Origin: Eledone cirrhosa
Lineage: Eukaryota
DNA: 64,000 bases
NCBI GenBank assembly: GCA_964016885.1
Contig: OZ024740.1
Coordinates: 378,944,001 to 379,008,000, forward strand
Direction of reading: 5' to 3'
This document shows positions 15,631 to 29,308 of the stretch, piece after piece. Made by a program: the position numbers and the translations under genes. Position 1 is the stretch's first letter; each line of letters starts with the position of its first letter. The notes under the pieces were generated by a model. The model did no database searches and had not been told where the DNA came from. It worked only from the letters and a program-made list of their open reading frames with translations.

Positions 15631-17391
15631 TCAATGGGACCCTTGAGCTTCATGGAGTCTAGCTAACTCTTTGACGTCAGGCTGGATTTTCGTGAGCTGT
15701 AGCCGGAGATCTCCACGTGCAATCACATTGTAGCGATTGCGAGCCTTACTATGCAGTCTGGAAACAACGCCAAACCCCCTCTCGCCTAAGTATGAGCTAG
15801 GAAAAGGCAAAGCAAATCTCTTAGCCTCTGCATGTAGGAGTAAAAATCGACGCTGAATTTCCTTTTGCATCCAAAAAAGGGGTTCACCTATTTTGGAAAA
15901 TTTCATTTTGATCATGTCATGTCTGAAGTTCAATTAATTCTTCCTGAAATTTAACTTCGAAATCGTCGACGTTGGTTATGAAGGGATCTGCTATCCACAT
16001 TGGGATGTCCATCTGCAAAAGGTCTACAAACCGTTCGCTCATGTTGTCTTGTAGTGCACGGAGGTGCGCGGTATAAATTTGCAGTTGGTCATCGCTCACA
16101 ATGTTTTGAACATTGGCGACACTAGGAAAATTATAGAATTCCCGTCGACAAAGATTCCTTTCGATGACTTTCAATTTGGCCAGGAATATTTTCACAGCAT
16201 TCCTTGCTGTGGTGATCTTCTCCCCCTGCAAAGCCATAATGAGACTATTGCATTTGTCAAAGATGTCGGCGAGGTAGGCATAGTCTTGCCTCACATCGAG
16301 GGTTTTTTTTTTAATATAGTTCTGTGTTGCGTCCTCGAAGAAACTCAATGATAGAGTTGAACAGTTTAAAGAAGCGAGTAAGGCACTTGCCCTTTGAAAG
16401 CCACCTCACTTCAGTATGAAGGAGCAACTCGACGAATTCTTCGTCATTATCTTCGCACAGTTGCCGGAAAATTCGTTCATTGAGGGCATCAATGGATACC
16501 TGCAAAGACTTGCTCAGCGGCTCGCTGAGCTGCTTCGCAGCCAAGTGTTGTCGATGAATGACACAATGAACAGCAAATACAGATGGATTTTCCCTCTTCA
16601 GAAGAGAGACGAAACCCATATGTTGGCCTACCATTGCTCTTGCGCCGTCCGTAGCACATGATACAATATTGTTAAGAGGTATCTCTTTTTCTTCGAGGTA
16701 TCCCTTGACAGATTCAAAGATCGTGGCACCTTTAGTATCTGTGGCTAGATTCAGAGTGAAGAGAAGCTCCTCGTGCATTTCGTTTTGGTGGAAAAATCGC
16801 ACGTATCCCAGTAGTGAGGACTGATTCCCGGAAAGTGTGCTTTCATCAAGTTGCAAAGCAAATTGTGTCGATTTCAAGATGTTGCATAATTGTTGTTCAA
16901 CATTTTCCGCCATTTCGTCGATGCGTCTCCTTATTGAGTCGTTACTCAACGGAATACATTTCAAGGTCTTTAACGGGTTCTGACGTTGAAAGAACTTCTG
17001 TTGAAAGAACTTCTGAGATGACAGGGGCTACCAATGTTTCACGCAAGGAATGGGGCTTGCCACACTTTGCGATTATGTTGGCAATATTGTAAGATGCGAC
17101 AAGTCCAACAACATTTGAAGCTTCAACTTTTGAAAAGGCAGAAGAAATTAGTGTTGTTTTCTGGAATTGGTCCCTAAGAGACTGAAAGTATGCTAAATCT
17201 TTATATCTCTTATCGGGGTGCCTCACCTCCAAGTGTCTACTGAAACGCGATGGCTTCATCGCCTCATTCGAAAAGGACTCCTTGCAAATTAAACACATGG
17301 GTGACAGGTGGTTCGACGGCGATGGGATGAGTCCGAACCGTAAGTAATCAACGCTGTACTGCCTGCATTTTTTCTTCATTTCTGAGGCCAT
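15631..17391 (-). pseudogene. Buster-type hAT transposase (ZBED5/SCAND3-like), split by frameshifts into 4 ORFs
   Basis: BED-like finger PMCLICKESFSNEAMKPSRFSRHL..H, followed by IPLSNDSIRRRI, FALQLDEST, ATDGARAM, HCVIHRQHL, HTEVRWLSKG, FPSSYLGERGF and GDLRLQLT. Confidence 0.92.
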
Positions 17392-18129
17392 TTTCTGTTT
17401 AGCGAATGTGTTTGGTAAAGTTACGCAAAGATTTGCCTATATAAGCCTATAAAATTATGTATAAGGAACTTACTATAATGAGTCCTGCTCCAGTATGATA
17501 AAGTTTCAAGTAATGTTCTGGAATAACACTTTGTAATAAACAAAACTGCAATGAAAAAGACAAATACTGTCATTAATTAACCAAGTCGAGACAAGTTATA
17601 TATGGAGATTAACCAGTCTTTCATGTAGGAATAGTAATAACTTAGCTTGAAGGAATTAAGGTGGCAGACTCAATAAAGGATCAACGAGGCAACGAGTTCA
17701 AGAGAACTTAATGCAAGAATGACTAGTAATGTGCTATTTTGAAATGGAATTCATCAATTAAGCACGTAGTGATAAGACGCGATAATACTAAGTTAAGACA
17801 TTACTTATTAGTCAGAGTTACTCAAATTATCCCCCTTACCTTAATGCATCACTGTGATATTCTTGTAATGGTGCTGCAATTATAATGGATGACTGTTGAA
17901 GACTACAAAAGCACTTCCTTAAGCCCAAGGCTATAACAAGACTTGATCGTAGTATAAACAGTCAGTTTATATAGGAATAGCAACAACCTAGTTGTAGAAT
18001 AAATGATGTGGAAATGCAATGAAGATAAGATGGGGTCAAGCAAACCGAATGTTAGTAAGAATGAGCTGAAGTATCGAGGTCAAGCCGATCACGGTGATGA
18101 ACGGGTCAGTGAATAATGTTGCTCTTTTC

Positions 18130-19420
18130 CAGGGGCCTCGTTTACCTTAAAAATGTGAGGGGGAAAAACCAACATTTGTTGGAGCATTTTAGTATTACTT
18201 ATGGTGTCTTTCCTGAACCCTATCACATAAGTAAAAATTTCTTTACGCTAATTAAATTTTATATATTCAAATGAAGTTCAGATATAAAAAAAAAAAAGCT
18301 TAAAAAGTATTTATTATATCAAATAAACAAAAAATAAAACATAGACGTTTGAATAAAAATCATATAAAGTAAATTTATTTTCTTTTAGAACTTTCCAAAT
18401 GTATCATATCTCGCATCATTGCTGTCAATAAATAATTTAGCAACTTCTTCACAACTAATCTTTTTCAAAACATCTTTATGAACGTCTCATATTAGAATAT
18501 GATTCAACCTTTGCTAAGTCATGGTCGATCGCAACCAAGCTTTGAGTCTCTGCAGAGCGCTAAAATATCTTTGAGCTTCACAAGAACTGGTTGGAAACAT
18601 TAAAAGTAGCCTGAACAATCGCACACCATTTAGAAACATGCGACGGACTTCTGGTTGCATTTCACCGAATATTTTACGATGATCCTCGAGAGATGATCCA
18701 CTATGATGATTTCTATAAAAAAAGTATTTCGTTCCTTAAAGAAATTCATCAAGCTCTGGATACTGTATGATCACTTCAGCACAAACATTTCCATTCCTGG
18801 TATCTTTTAGGAACTTTTCATTGCCTAGGTAGCTTCAAAGAGAAATATCGAGTTGATAAATCATTTTTTCTGCTGTATTGAACAACAGCTCCTGAAATTT
18901 TTCTTCACTGCGTAGATTTTTTTAGCTCCTCCTGCACCAGTTTGACACTATGCAACATGCTACCTAGATTGAAGGTGGTACTTTGAAAATATTTGTTCAA
19001 TCCTTCAAGGAATTGAAGTAATGGAACTACAACGTGCAATCCAAGGACACATTGGCCCGGAGAGTGACACTTAAGAATAACATTAGCTCTGGATGCAATG
19101 TTGGTGCCAAACACATTTGTTGCCTCTTGTAAAGAAATAGGGACATCTGAATAATTGTCAAGAAGGGCTTTGACTGCAGAAAGTCGTGTTAGCCATCGAG
19201 TAGGGCACACAGGTGTTAAGGAGCGTGGTGACGATACTTCATTTTCTTCATCATGTTGTGATAAATACGCTTGCTTAAATTTTCCTGATGTACTATATAG
19301 TTTCCGCAATTGATTCACGCAACCAAGAACATTTTTGATAAGTGAAGCTTGTTGTACAGACTTAGTTATAATAAGTTGAGAAATATGAATGCCGCAGTGC
19401 ACGTAATGGGCCAAATCAAG
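18130..19420 (-). mobile_element. Second hAT transposase fragment (Tip100/ZMYM1-like, C-terminal half) nested in the Buster element
   Basis: HYVHCGIH..L, CPTRWLTRLSAVKALLDNY, and the dimerisation motif FPTSSCEAQRYFSALQRLKAWLRSTM..RLN (~18500-18610). A candidate terminus CAGGGGCCTCG lies at 18130; the other end was not found. Confidence 0.75.
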
Positions 19421-20107
19421 TTATGTTAGAATGATCTTTAAAAAAATACCCGTACGAATTAAATACAAAAAAAGTTTCAATCCAAAACAAAAGCAAACTA
19501 TTTCAAATTATATATTTTTGAAAAATAGACGTGAATGTTCTCAAAGACTTGATTTCAGTCGAAAAAGCTTTTTTTTTTAAATTCTATATTTCACTGTTAG
19601 CGGTTGTAATATTTTGATTGGATAAACAATTCTACAATTCAAACTGTAAAGTCAAAATACAAAAGATATAAAATATGAAGAATTTCTTACCTTTCTCTGA
19701 AATCACAAACTCAGGGGAAAAATAGTATCTTGCAAAATAAAATACCTCGTAGCAAAATAAAATACTTAGCAACGAATGATGCTTGGGGACAGTGAGAAAG
19801 TAATATTTGTATCCCTTATATATATATATATATATACATAGATAGATACACAGACACACACAAACACATAGACACGCACGCACGCACACACGCACACACA
19901 CACACATATATACACACACACAAGTTTGTGTGTATGTATGTATGTGTGTGTGTGTGCGTGTGTGCGTGTCTATGTGTGTTTGTGTGTATCTGTGTATCTA
20001 TCTATGTATATATATATTGGTTTGGGTACAGAAAGAATTTTGTCTACAGTTTTTTATTGCCAGGTCAAAGGCCACTGCTCTTTTCAACAACGCCAAATAA
20101 CAACGCT

Positions 20108-20202
<95 letters not shown>

Positions 20203-20281
20203 AATGAAGAGAGAAAGAAGGAGGGACAGAGAGAGTAAGAAATGTGTGTGTTTGGTACACATCTATCTATCTATCTATCTC

Positions 20282-20859
20282 TATGTAGAACGACTATTGT
20301 CGCGGGTGGGACCAATCCAGTTGACCACCGAGTCCATTGTCATGATCAAACCGCCACCCTCCTTCAAAAACGAAGGAGAGGCGGTTTTCCTTTGTGTGAT
20401 AGCTATGGCGAAAGAGGTTGTATGGTGGACAAGGTTGAAAGGGCTGAGGTCAGACACCTTTCTCTCTGGCCAACAACTGATTCTTTTTTTCAAATACCAC
20501 TTTGGAAGAAGAATCAGGATGGAGAGAGAGGTGCTGTACCCCAGCAAGTTTTATGAAAGGTGGGTGAAAGTGGCGAGAATGGCCCGAGTGAATGGGCCTT
20601 CTCTCTATATCAGCCTGTAGGTTGAGGAAAAGGAGGAGGAGGGGAAAGGAGTACAAGCTCTTCGTACTCCTGGAGATGAGGGTTGCACATTTTTTTCGGG
20701 GGTATGTGTTACCCATATAAACTGTCTCCCTCTATTGGGGAAAATCGACTAACTTTTAAATTCCATCTGTGATAACATTTTACACGTTTTTATTGTATGT
20801 AAACTTCCCCCTTTGTATTTGTCCCCTTCTTTTGTGCCCCTGTGGCTAATAAAGAAATA

Positions 20860-20860
<1 letters not shown>
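20282..20860 (+). mobile_element. Tx1/L1-clade LINE 3' fragment flanked by (TATC)n
   Basis: Encodes YVERLLSRVGPI..KEVVWWTRLKGL..FYERWVKVARMARVNG, nearly identical to the C-terminus of the 29.7-33.1 kb element. AATAAA precedes (TATC)n. Confidence 0.9.
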
Positions 20861-20912
<52 letters not shown>

Positions 20913-20916
20913 CCAA

Positions 20917-21090
20917 CAGGGGGCTCACACATGCGGCTCGCGAACTACTTATCTGTGGCCCGTGGTAGAACCAATATTTCATATCGCATTATAACTGGTG
21001 AAAATGTTCACCCACCACCACGTTTGGCCCCCTGTGCCTCTCCTCCAGGACGTAATAGCCCTTTTGTGTCCTTGAGTTTGAGAGCCCCCT
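20917..21090. mobile_element. Short hAT/Buster-like MITE remnant
   Basis: Imperfect TIRs CAGGGGGCTCACAC ... GTTTGAGAGCCCCCT, with ATGCGGCTCGCG after the left TIR. No clean TSD. Confidence 0.45.
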
Positions 21091-21220
21091 TCTACATACA
21101 CACATACGGACATATTTTACTTTTTTTTCTGTCTCTGGACTACGCCATGCTGGAGCATCACCTTGGTATGTTATGGGGACGTCAACAAACCAACAAGCAT
21201 TGGTGGGAAGGCAAACACAA

Positions 21221-21811
21221 ACAGCCACTACTTTATATCCATGTAGGAGAACCCCTACCGATGCGCTGAACGAGTGTGACTTTTCAGTCCAGCCAGCGAC
21301 TTGAAAACTCTGGTACAAACACTACACCTGTGACAATTATTGACACATAGTGCTTGGCCCATGGTACCATGTGACGACAAGTGCAGAGAGATCAGAGATC
21401 TCCAGATATAAAGCAATGCCTGTGCCGTGAAGCTTTTATAGTGAGCAAAGGCACTGCACAAAGCCAGTCCCACTCTCTTAACCAAGATGATATTTACCAA
21501 AAAGAAGAACAAGTCAACATCATTGGATACCATCAGGGTTGCAGGTGTTATATCAGAGTTTTCCTTCTCCTAGAATTCTGCCTTGACAAAGGCTAAGGGG
21601 TCATCTCTCCCAGTGATTTTGGATGGCCATTGACTCTTAAGAGCTCCTTTGCCCTTTGACAGGTTTTGTTTTTAGTCGTACAGGAAGTCCAAAGTCACCC
21701 TCCTCACCAAGAAACCTTGGTGGGGTTGCCAGTTTAGTCGCCAACGACCCGACCATGGGACAGGTTGTACTGGGATACATGTTACCAGTAGCACCAACTG
21801 GTGACCTGACA
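21221..21811 (-). mobile_element. Bipartite non-autonomous RTE-derived retroelement (isolated copy)
   Basis: Homologous to the three copies at 44875-46765. Carries the RTE-5'UTR-like motif CTAGGAGAAGGAAAACTCTGA and an RTE C-terminal C2H2 finger CSVCTRVFKSLAGLKSHTRSAH*. Adjacent to (CATA)n. Confidence 0.7.
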
Positions 21812-22038
21812 CATACATACATACATACATACATACATACATACATACATACATACATACATACATACATACATACATTTATATTTAAGTGTGTAAGGAT
21901 GTTGATATGATCTATGTCTTCTTTTTTTGGTAAGGAGAACATTTTTGTCGCCAGATTTTATTACCTAGAGAGATAAATACCACACTTCTGGCTGAAAGCT
22001 GACCAGGTTCTCAACCTCATCAAACACTAATGCCGACC

Positions 22039-22115
<77 letters not shown>

Positions 22116-22741
22116 ATGTATGTATGTATGTATATGTTCACCACCATTGCTTCTTCCTGTCATTTTTGTTGAAGGAATCCTTACTTTCATTCACCTTGAT
22201 TTCTTTTGATTTTCTTTTATCTCCCTAGCGAATTCGTTGGCAAGCTTTTATTTATTTTCGTTTTCTTCATTCAAATCACTGACTGTCTAAGAGACGTACA
22301 AATATGACTTATCAAACTTACCAAACTAAAGGGGCTTCTAGCGCCCTCAAAGTTTCAAACGCCCCTTACTGCATAACAACGCCCCCCTAACGCCACCTCA
22401 CAGCATAACGCCCCCCCCCCCCCAGCAACGAAACGCCCCCCTCCCCCCGTTGAGAACCTTTAATTTACATTAAGCTACTATCGGCATTTGCATTCTCAAA
22501 TCTTCCTTCATCCATAACAATTCCCGTTTCTGTTTAAGCATAGTGCAATTAGGACTATATTATTCAATGTAAGGGACATTTAGCAAATATTTCTGGCAAG
22601 TCGAGCTACTCCGTCACATGTTTCGTTAGTTGGCTCTCAGACACCTCCAGCATTAATACCAGCAAACATTTAATATGCCTCAAGCATCTCTAGCACTGTT
22701 GCCTTCTTTGATTCCTTAATGTTATAAGAACGATAGTAACT

Positions 22742-25700
22742 GTGATGATCATGATGATAGTTATGATGGTTATGATGATAGTTATGATGATCATGATGAT
22801 AGTTATGATGGTTATGATGATAGTTATGATGATCATGATGATAGTTATGATGGTTATGATGATAGTTATGATGATCATGATGATAGTTATGATGGTTATG
22901 ATGATAGTTATGATGATCATGATGATAGTTATGATGGTTATGATGATAGTTATGATGATCATGATGATAGTTATGATGGTTATGATGATAGTTATGATGA
23001 TGATGATGATAGTTATGATGATGATGATGATAGTTATGATGGTTATGATGATAGTTATGATGATGATGATGATAGTTATGATGATGATGATGATAGTTAT
23101 GATGGTTATGATGATAGTTATGATGATGATGATAGTTATGATGATGATGATGATAGTTATAATGATCATGATGATAGTTATGATGATCATGATGATAGTT
23201 ATGATGGTTATGATGGTTATGATGATAGTTATGATGATGATGATGATAGTTATGATGATGATGATGATAGTTATAATGATCATGATGATAGTTATGATGA
23301 TCATGATGATAGTTATGATGGTTATGATGATAGTTATGATGGTTATGATGATAGTTATGATGATGATGATGATAGTTATGATGATCATGATGATAGTTAT
23401 GATGATCATGATGATAGTTATGATGATCATGATGATAGTTATGATGGTTATGATGATAGTTATGATGATGATGATAGTTATGATGATGATGATGATAGTT
23501 ATAATGATCATAATGATAGTTATGATGATGATGATGATAGTTATGATGGTTATGATGATAGTTATGATGGTTATGATGATAGTTATGATGGTTATGATGA
23601 TAGTTATGATGATGATGATGATAGTTATGATGGTGATGATGATAGTTATAATGATCATGATGATAGTTATGATGATGATGATGATAGTTATGATGATCAT
23701 GATGATAGTTATGATGATCATGATGATAGTTATGATGGTTATGATGGTTATGATGATAGTTATGATGATGATGATGATAGTTATGATGGTTATGATGATA
23801 GTTATGATGGTTATGATGATAGTTATGATGGTTATGATGATAGTTATGATGGTTATGATGATAGTTATGATGGTTATGATGATAGTTATGATGATGATGA
23901 TGATAGTTATGATGGTGATGATGATAGTTATAATGATCATGATGATAGTTATGATGATGATGATGATAGTTATGATGATCATGATGATAGTTATGATGAT
24001 CATGATGATAGTTATGATGGTTATGATGGTTATGATGATAGTTATGATGATGATGATGATAGTTATGATGGTTATGATGATAGTTATGATGGTTATGATG
24101 ATAGTTATGATGGTTATGATGATAGTTATGATGGTTATGATGATAGTTATGATGGTTATGATGATAGTTATAATGATGATGATGATAGTTATGATGATCA
24201 TGATGATAGTTATGATGATCATGATGATAGTTATGATGATCATGATGATAGTTATGATGATGATGATGATAGTTATGATGATCATGATGATAGTTATGAT
24301 GATCATGATGATAGTTATGATGATCATGATGATAGTTATGATGGTTATGATGATAGTTATGATGGTTATGATGATAGTTATGATGGTTATGATGATAGTT
24401 ATAATGATGATGATGATAGTTATGATGATCATGATGATAGTTATGATGATCATGATGATAGTTATGATGGTTATGATGATAGTTATGATGGTTATGATGA
24501 TAGTTATGATGGTTATGATGATAGTTATAATGATGATGATGATAGTTATGATGATCATGATGATAGTTATGATGATCATGATGATAGTTATGATGATGAT
24601 GATGATAGTTATGATGATCATGATGATAGTTATGATGATCATGATGATAGTTATGATGATCATGATGATAGTTATGATGGTTATGATGATAGTTATGATG
24701 ATGATGATGATAGTTATGATGATGATGATAGTTATGATGATGATGATGAGTTATGATGATCATGATGATAGTTATGATGGTTATGATGGTTATGATGATA
24801 GTTATAATGATGATGATGATAGTTATGATGATCATGATGATAGTTATGATGATGATGATGATAGTTATGATGATCATGATGATAGTTATGATGGTTATGA
24901 TGGTTATGATGATAGTTATGATGATGATGATGATAGTTATGATGGTTATGATGATAGTTATGATGGTTATGATGATAGTTATGATGGTTATGATGATAGT
25001 TATGATGATGATGATGATAGTTATGATGATGATGATGATAGTTATGATGATCATGATGATAGTTATGATGATCATGATGATAGTTATGATGGTTATGATG
25101 GTTATGATGATAGTTATGATGATGATGATGATAGTTATGATGATGATGATAGTTATGATGATGATGATGATAGTTATGATGATCATAATGATAGTTATGA
25201 TGGTTATGATGATAGTTATGATGGTTATGATGATAGTTATGATGATGATGATGATGATGAGTTATGATGATCATGATGATAGTTATGATGGTTATGATGA
25301 TAGTTATGATGATGATGATGATAGTTATGATGATGATGATGATAGTTATAATGATGATGATGATAGTTATGATGATCATGATGATAGTTATAATGATGAT
25401 GATGATAGTTATGATGATCATGATGATAGTTATGATGATGATGATGATAGTTATGATGATGATGATGATAGTTATGATGATGATGATGATAGTTATGATG
25501 ATGATGATGATAGTTATGATGATCATGATGATAGTTATGATGATGATGATGATAGTTATGATGATCATGATGATAGTTATGATGATGATGATGAGTTATG
25601 ATGATCATGATGATAGTTATGATGGTTATGATGGTTATGATGATAGTTATGATGATGATGATGATAGTTATGATGATGATGATGATAGTTATAATGATCA

Positions 25701-25850
25701 TGATGATAGTTATGATGATGATGATGATAGTTATGATGATCATGATGATAGTTATGATGATGATGATGATAGTTATGATGATCATGATGATAGTTATGAT
25801 GATGATGATGATAGTTATAATGATCATGATGATAGTTATGATGATGATGA
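22742..25850. repeat. 3.1-kb minisatellite with a 21-bp unit ATAGTTATGATG(ATC/GTT/ATG)ATGATG
   Basis: Directly visible. It derives from (ATG)n, has three main unit variants, and includes 18- and 30-bp length variants. Confidence 0.97.
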
Positions 25851-26146
25851 CGGTGACGGTTGTCAATTGGAATCTTCAACAGACTTCAAACAAATAGTCT
25901 TCAACGTTGCAAGGAGAAGACTTGTTAGATAAAAGTTCCCATGACAGTAAGCTCTTCTTCATAACTCTCTCTTAATAAATTCTACAAAAGTAGACCACTT
26001 GCGCTTCATATCCTTCCATTAGTGTTTCTCTATAATATATTTACTTGCAATAAAAGAAGAAAAAATCCTTTTATATCCATTACTAGCTTTACATTAACTG
26101 ATAACTCGTAGTAGAAAATCAATTTTCTTAAATAGGTATATGGACG

Positions 26147-26244
<98 letters not shown>

Positions 26245-26811
26245 CATGCACACATATCATTCTGGGGTATTGTACTTAGTTTTGCAAGTCTGTTACTTAT
26301 TTTAAGCCACAAGACATAAATTCAAAGAGACGTAAACATAAACAGAGTACGAGGAAATTCGTATTTCTACCATGTTTACATGTCCACATATATTAAAAAT
26401 ATATATATTTACATACACATTGGCGCAGTCTCAGTTACCCACTTTGTATATATACATATCTAACTTTATCGCACGCTCCATGTGCTTGGCGCACTTCTTA
26501 ATGCATATCTTAATTAACTACTAGTACGTGTTTCTATGTTGTTTAATTAATTTTCACACATTCTTGTGAAGACCCAACTTGGTCCGTAAATCGACTAAAG
26601 GTGCTTTTCATTTTTTTTTTATTTACAGGGACATTCTATTTCTGGCATGTTTACATGTTTATATATAAGAAAATGTGCATATTTATATATATATATTGGC
26701 GCAGTCTCGGGCACCCACATTGTTTACACACAGATATAACTTTATTATACATTTCGGCTGCTTGGCGCACTTCTTCATATACATATATATATGTACACGT
26801 CTATACATATA

Positions 26812-26960
26812 AGAGGCAACGAATTGACAGAATCGTTAGAACGTCGGATAGAATGCTTGGTTCTCTGCTCCCTCAGTTCAAATCCCGCCGAGGTCAACTT
26901 TTCCTTTCATCCATTTGAGATCCATAAAAAGAGTACCAGTCAAGTATTGGTGTCGATTCT
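26812..26960 (+). mobile_element. tRNA-derived SINE S1
   Basis: B-box AGTTCAAATCCCGCC followed by the S1 core TTTCCTTTCATCC..AGTACCAGT. Confidence 0.7.
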
Positions 26961-27329
26961 TCTTCTATATTTCTTTCTCACTTTCATTCACTCACTCCCT
27001 GTCCTTCTCTGGAAGAAATCTGCTGTATTCAGACCTGGAGAGGAGATGTGATTCCCCAGGTTTAAAAATGCCATAGAATCGCCGTATGTCAAAACGGAGC
27101 CCCTTCGACTCCCCCAGGAGTTACAGGATCATGCATGCAAGCTATACATATAAGCACCCGAAATTATAATGATTTCCAAAGACAGTCGACGAGGGGCAAC
27201 TATCCTTGTATCCGTCTTTTCTAGATTTCTGTGTCCTTTGTATGTCCCATGTGTTTTGTAAATGATATAGCCGACACATACACAAACACACACAAACACG
27301 CACACACACCCATATATATATATATATAT

Positions 27330-28265
27330 AATCTGGGACTTGTCTATTTCTTCTCACTTTCCGTTGCTTAAACCATTTTGTTTGTTACCCTAACGTCCCC
27401 TTTATTTACGTGTCCCAACGACTTTTTTTAGCCGTTGTTCGCACCAACCTGAGGCATATGGCCTTTAAAGCGATGAAATGCCTGGGACGGTTGGAGGGTC
27501 ACTGATGAAGGACTTACTTTTTCATATGCACCACCATTTGCAACGCGCAGCCATCATTATTATCATATTTACACATAATTTTTCTTTTGCTGCCACCCGT
27601 CTGTTTCGTTCTTTGTACCTTTTACCCTTTCTAGCAGTCTCTCTCTCTGTTAGCCTCCTCCTCAACTTTCACTCACTCATTCTCTGTCACTACCTCTCCT
27701 CCTCCTCTTTCCTCCTCCTCCTTCAAGTTTGACCTGTGTGTAATTCTTTTCTCGCGCGGTCTTGGTCAAGCTGGTATGGAATTTTTTTCTCTCTCTCTCT
27801 TTCGTCTGCGACTTCACAAAACTTATGTTTACCGAATTCGTAGACCAGACCCCTTCTTCTTCTTCTTCTTCTTCTTCTTCTTCTTCTTCTTCTTCTTCTT
27901 CTTCTTCTTCTTCTTCTCCCCCCCCCCCGTTAGACCTGTGCGAAATTCCTTCCTTGCTCACATTTCAACCAGGTTTGATGGTCTTTTGTCTCTTGTTCAC
28001 GATTTCACCGAGTTTATATTCATAGAGATCTGGGACTTGTCTATTTCTTCTCACTTTCCGTTGCTTAAACCATTTTGTTTGTTACCCTAACGTCCCCTTT
28101 ATTTACGTGTCCCAACGACTTTTTTTAGCCGTTGTTCGCACCAACCTGAGGCATATGGCCCTTAAAGCGATGAAATGCCTGGGACGGTTGGAGGGTCACT
28201 GATGAAGGACTTACTTTTTCATATGCACCACAATTTGCAACGCGCAGCCATCATTATTATCATAT

Positions 28266-28266
<1 letters not shown>
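27330..28266. mobile_element. ~935-bp element with ~235-bp direct terminal repeats, embedded in (TA)n
   Basis: 27330-27568 and 28028-28265 are near-identical (697-bp offset). The interior contains (TTC)n at 27854-27917, and (TA)n lies on both outer flanks. Confidence 0.6.
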
Positions 28267-28360
<94 letters not shown>

Positions 28361-28446
28361 AAAGTTATATTTAAAATTGTTGGGTTACAACTAGTAAATA
28401 TTTATAACTGATATAAAAGCACTCGACAAATATTTGGAGTATATTT

Positions 28447-28686
<240 letters not shown>

Positions 28687-28687
28687 T

Positions 28688-28806
28688 AGAAAATGAAAAA
28701 TCAGTGATGCATCTGAACTCAATTTGTTGTGTGTTACAATTGTTTCGCCGGTGGACAGCTCGAGACGCGATCATTGTGTGGATCTGTCTGATTCTGGACC
28801 CGCAGG
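28688..28806 (-). mobile_element. Short repeat family HH-F, reverse complement of 35518-35635
   Basis: ~120 bp of clear homology. Contains GAAACAATTGTA-ACACAC, a hammerhead-like 3' half. Confidence 0.65.
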
Positions 28807-28908
28807 ACATGGCAGCGATAATGAGGGGCAGAGACCGCTGGAGAGAACTCGTCCATGGATCTCGGGAATTTTACCCGCCCTAGAATATATATATATATAT
28901 ATATATAT

Positions 28909-29025
28909 AGGAACAAATAAGACCACAAGGGGTCTTACTTGTTCCTATTACCCACTCTACTACCCTAAGTATTGAGTACTTTGGTGCGTTATGGTCCACC
29001 TGGTTCCTTACCACATTTCCTTCGT

Positions 29026-29057
<32 letters not shown>

Positions 29058-29263
29058 TATATATATATATATATAACGAAGGAAATGTGGTAAGGAACCA
29101 GGTGGACCATAACGCACCAAAGTACTCAATACTTGAGGTAGTAGAGTGGGTAATAGGAACCAGTAAGACCCCGACAGCTGAGCTCAAGCCGTTTCGACGG
29201 CTAATTCAGTCCAGAATTAGCCGTCGAAACGGCTTGAGCTCAGCTGTCGGGGTCTTACTGGTT

Positions 29264-29308
<45 letters not shown>

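Larger units (their letters stand above)
15035..22462 (-). mobile_element. hAT superfamily, Buster/Charlie-type DNA transposon with nested insertions
   Basis: 14-bp TIRs CAAAGGTTCTCAAC (15035-15048) and GTTGAGAACCTTTA (22449-22462) match at 13/14. An 8-bp TSD ATTTACAT (15027-15034, 22463-22470) has the central TA typical of Buster. Subterminal AACGCCCC motifs occur at both ends. Confidence 0.9.

Noticed and set aside
21995-22016. Internal GGTTCTCAAC as an alternative Buster terminus
   Set aside because: Only a partial TIR match with no TSD. The true end at 22462 has a matching TSD.
22670-25267. 838-aa His-rich and 841-aa Met/Ile-rich ORFs as real genes
   Set aside because: They arise from a stop-poor 21-bp minisatellite that is open in several frames on both strands and contains frame-breaking units.
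27455-27530. Hammerhead in the 235-bp direct repeat
   Set aside because: CTGAGGC lacks A9 and there is no NUH site. The nearby CTGATGA has no downstream GAAA.
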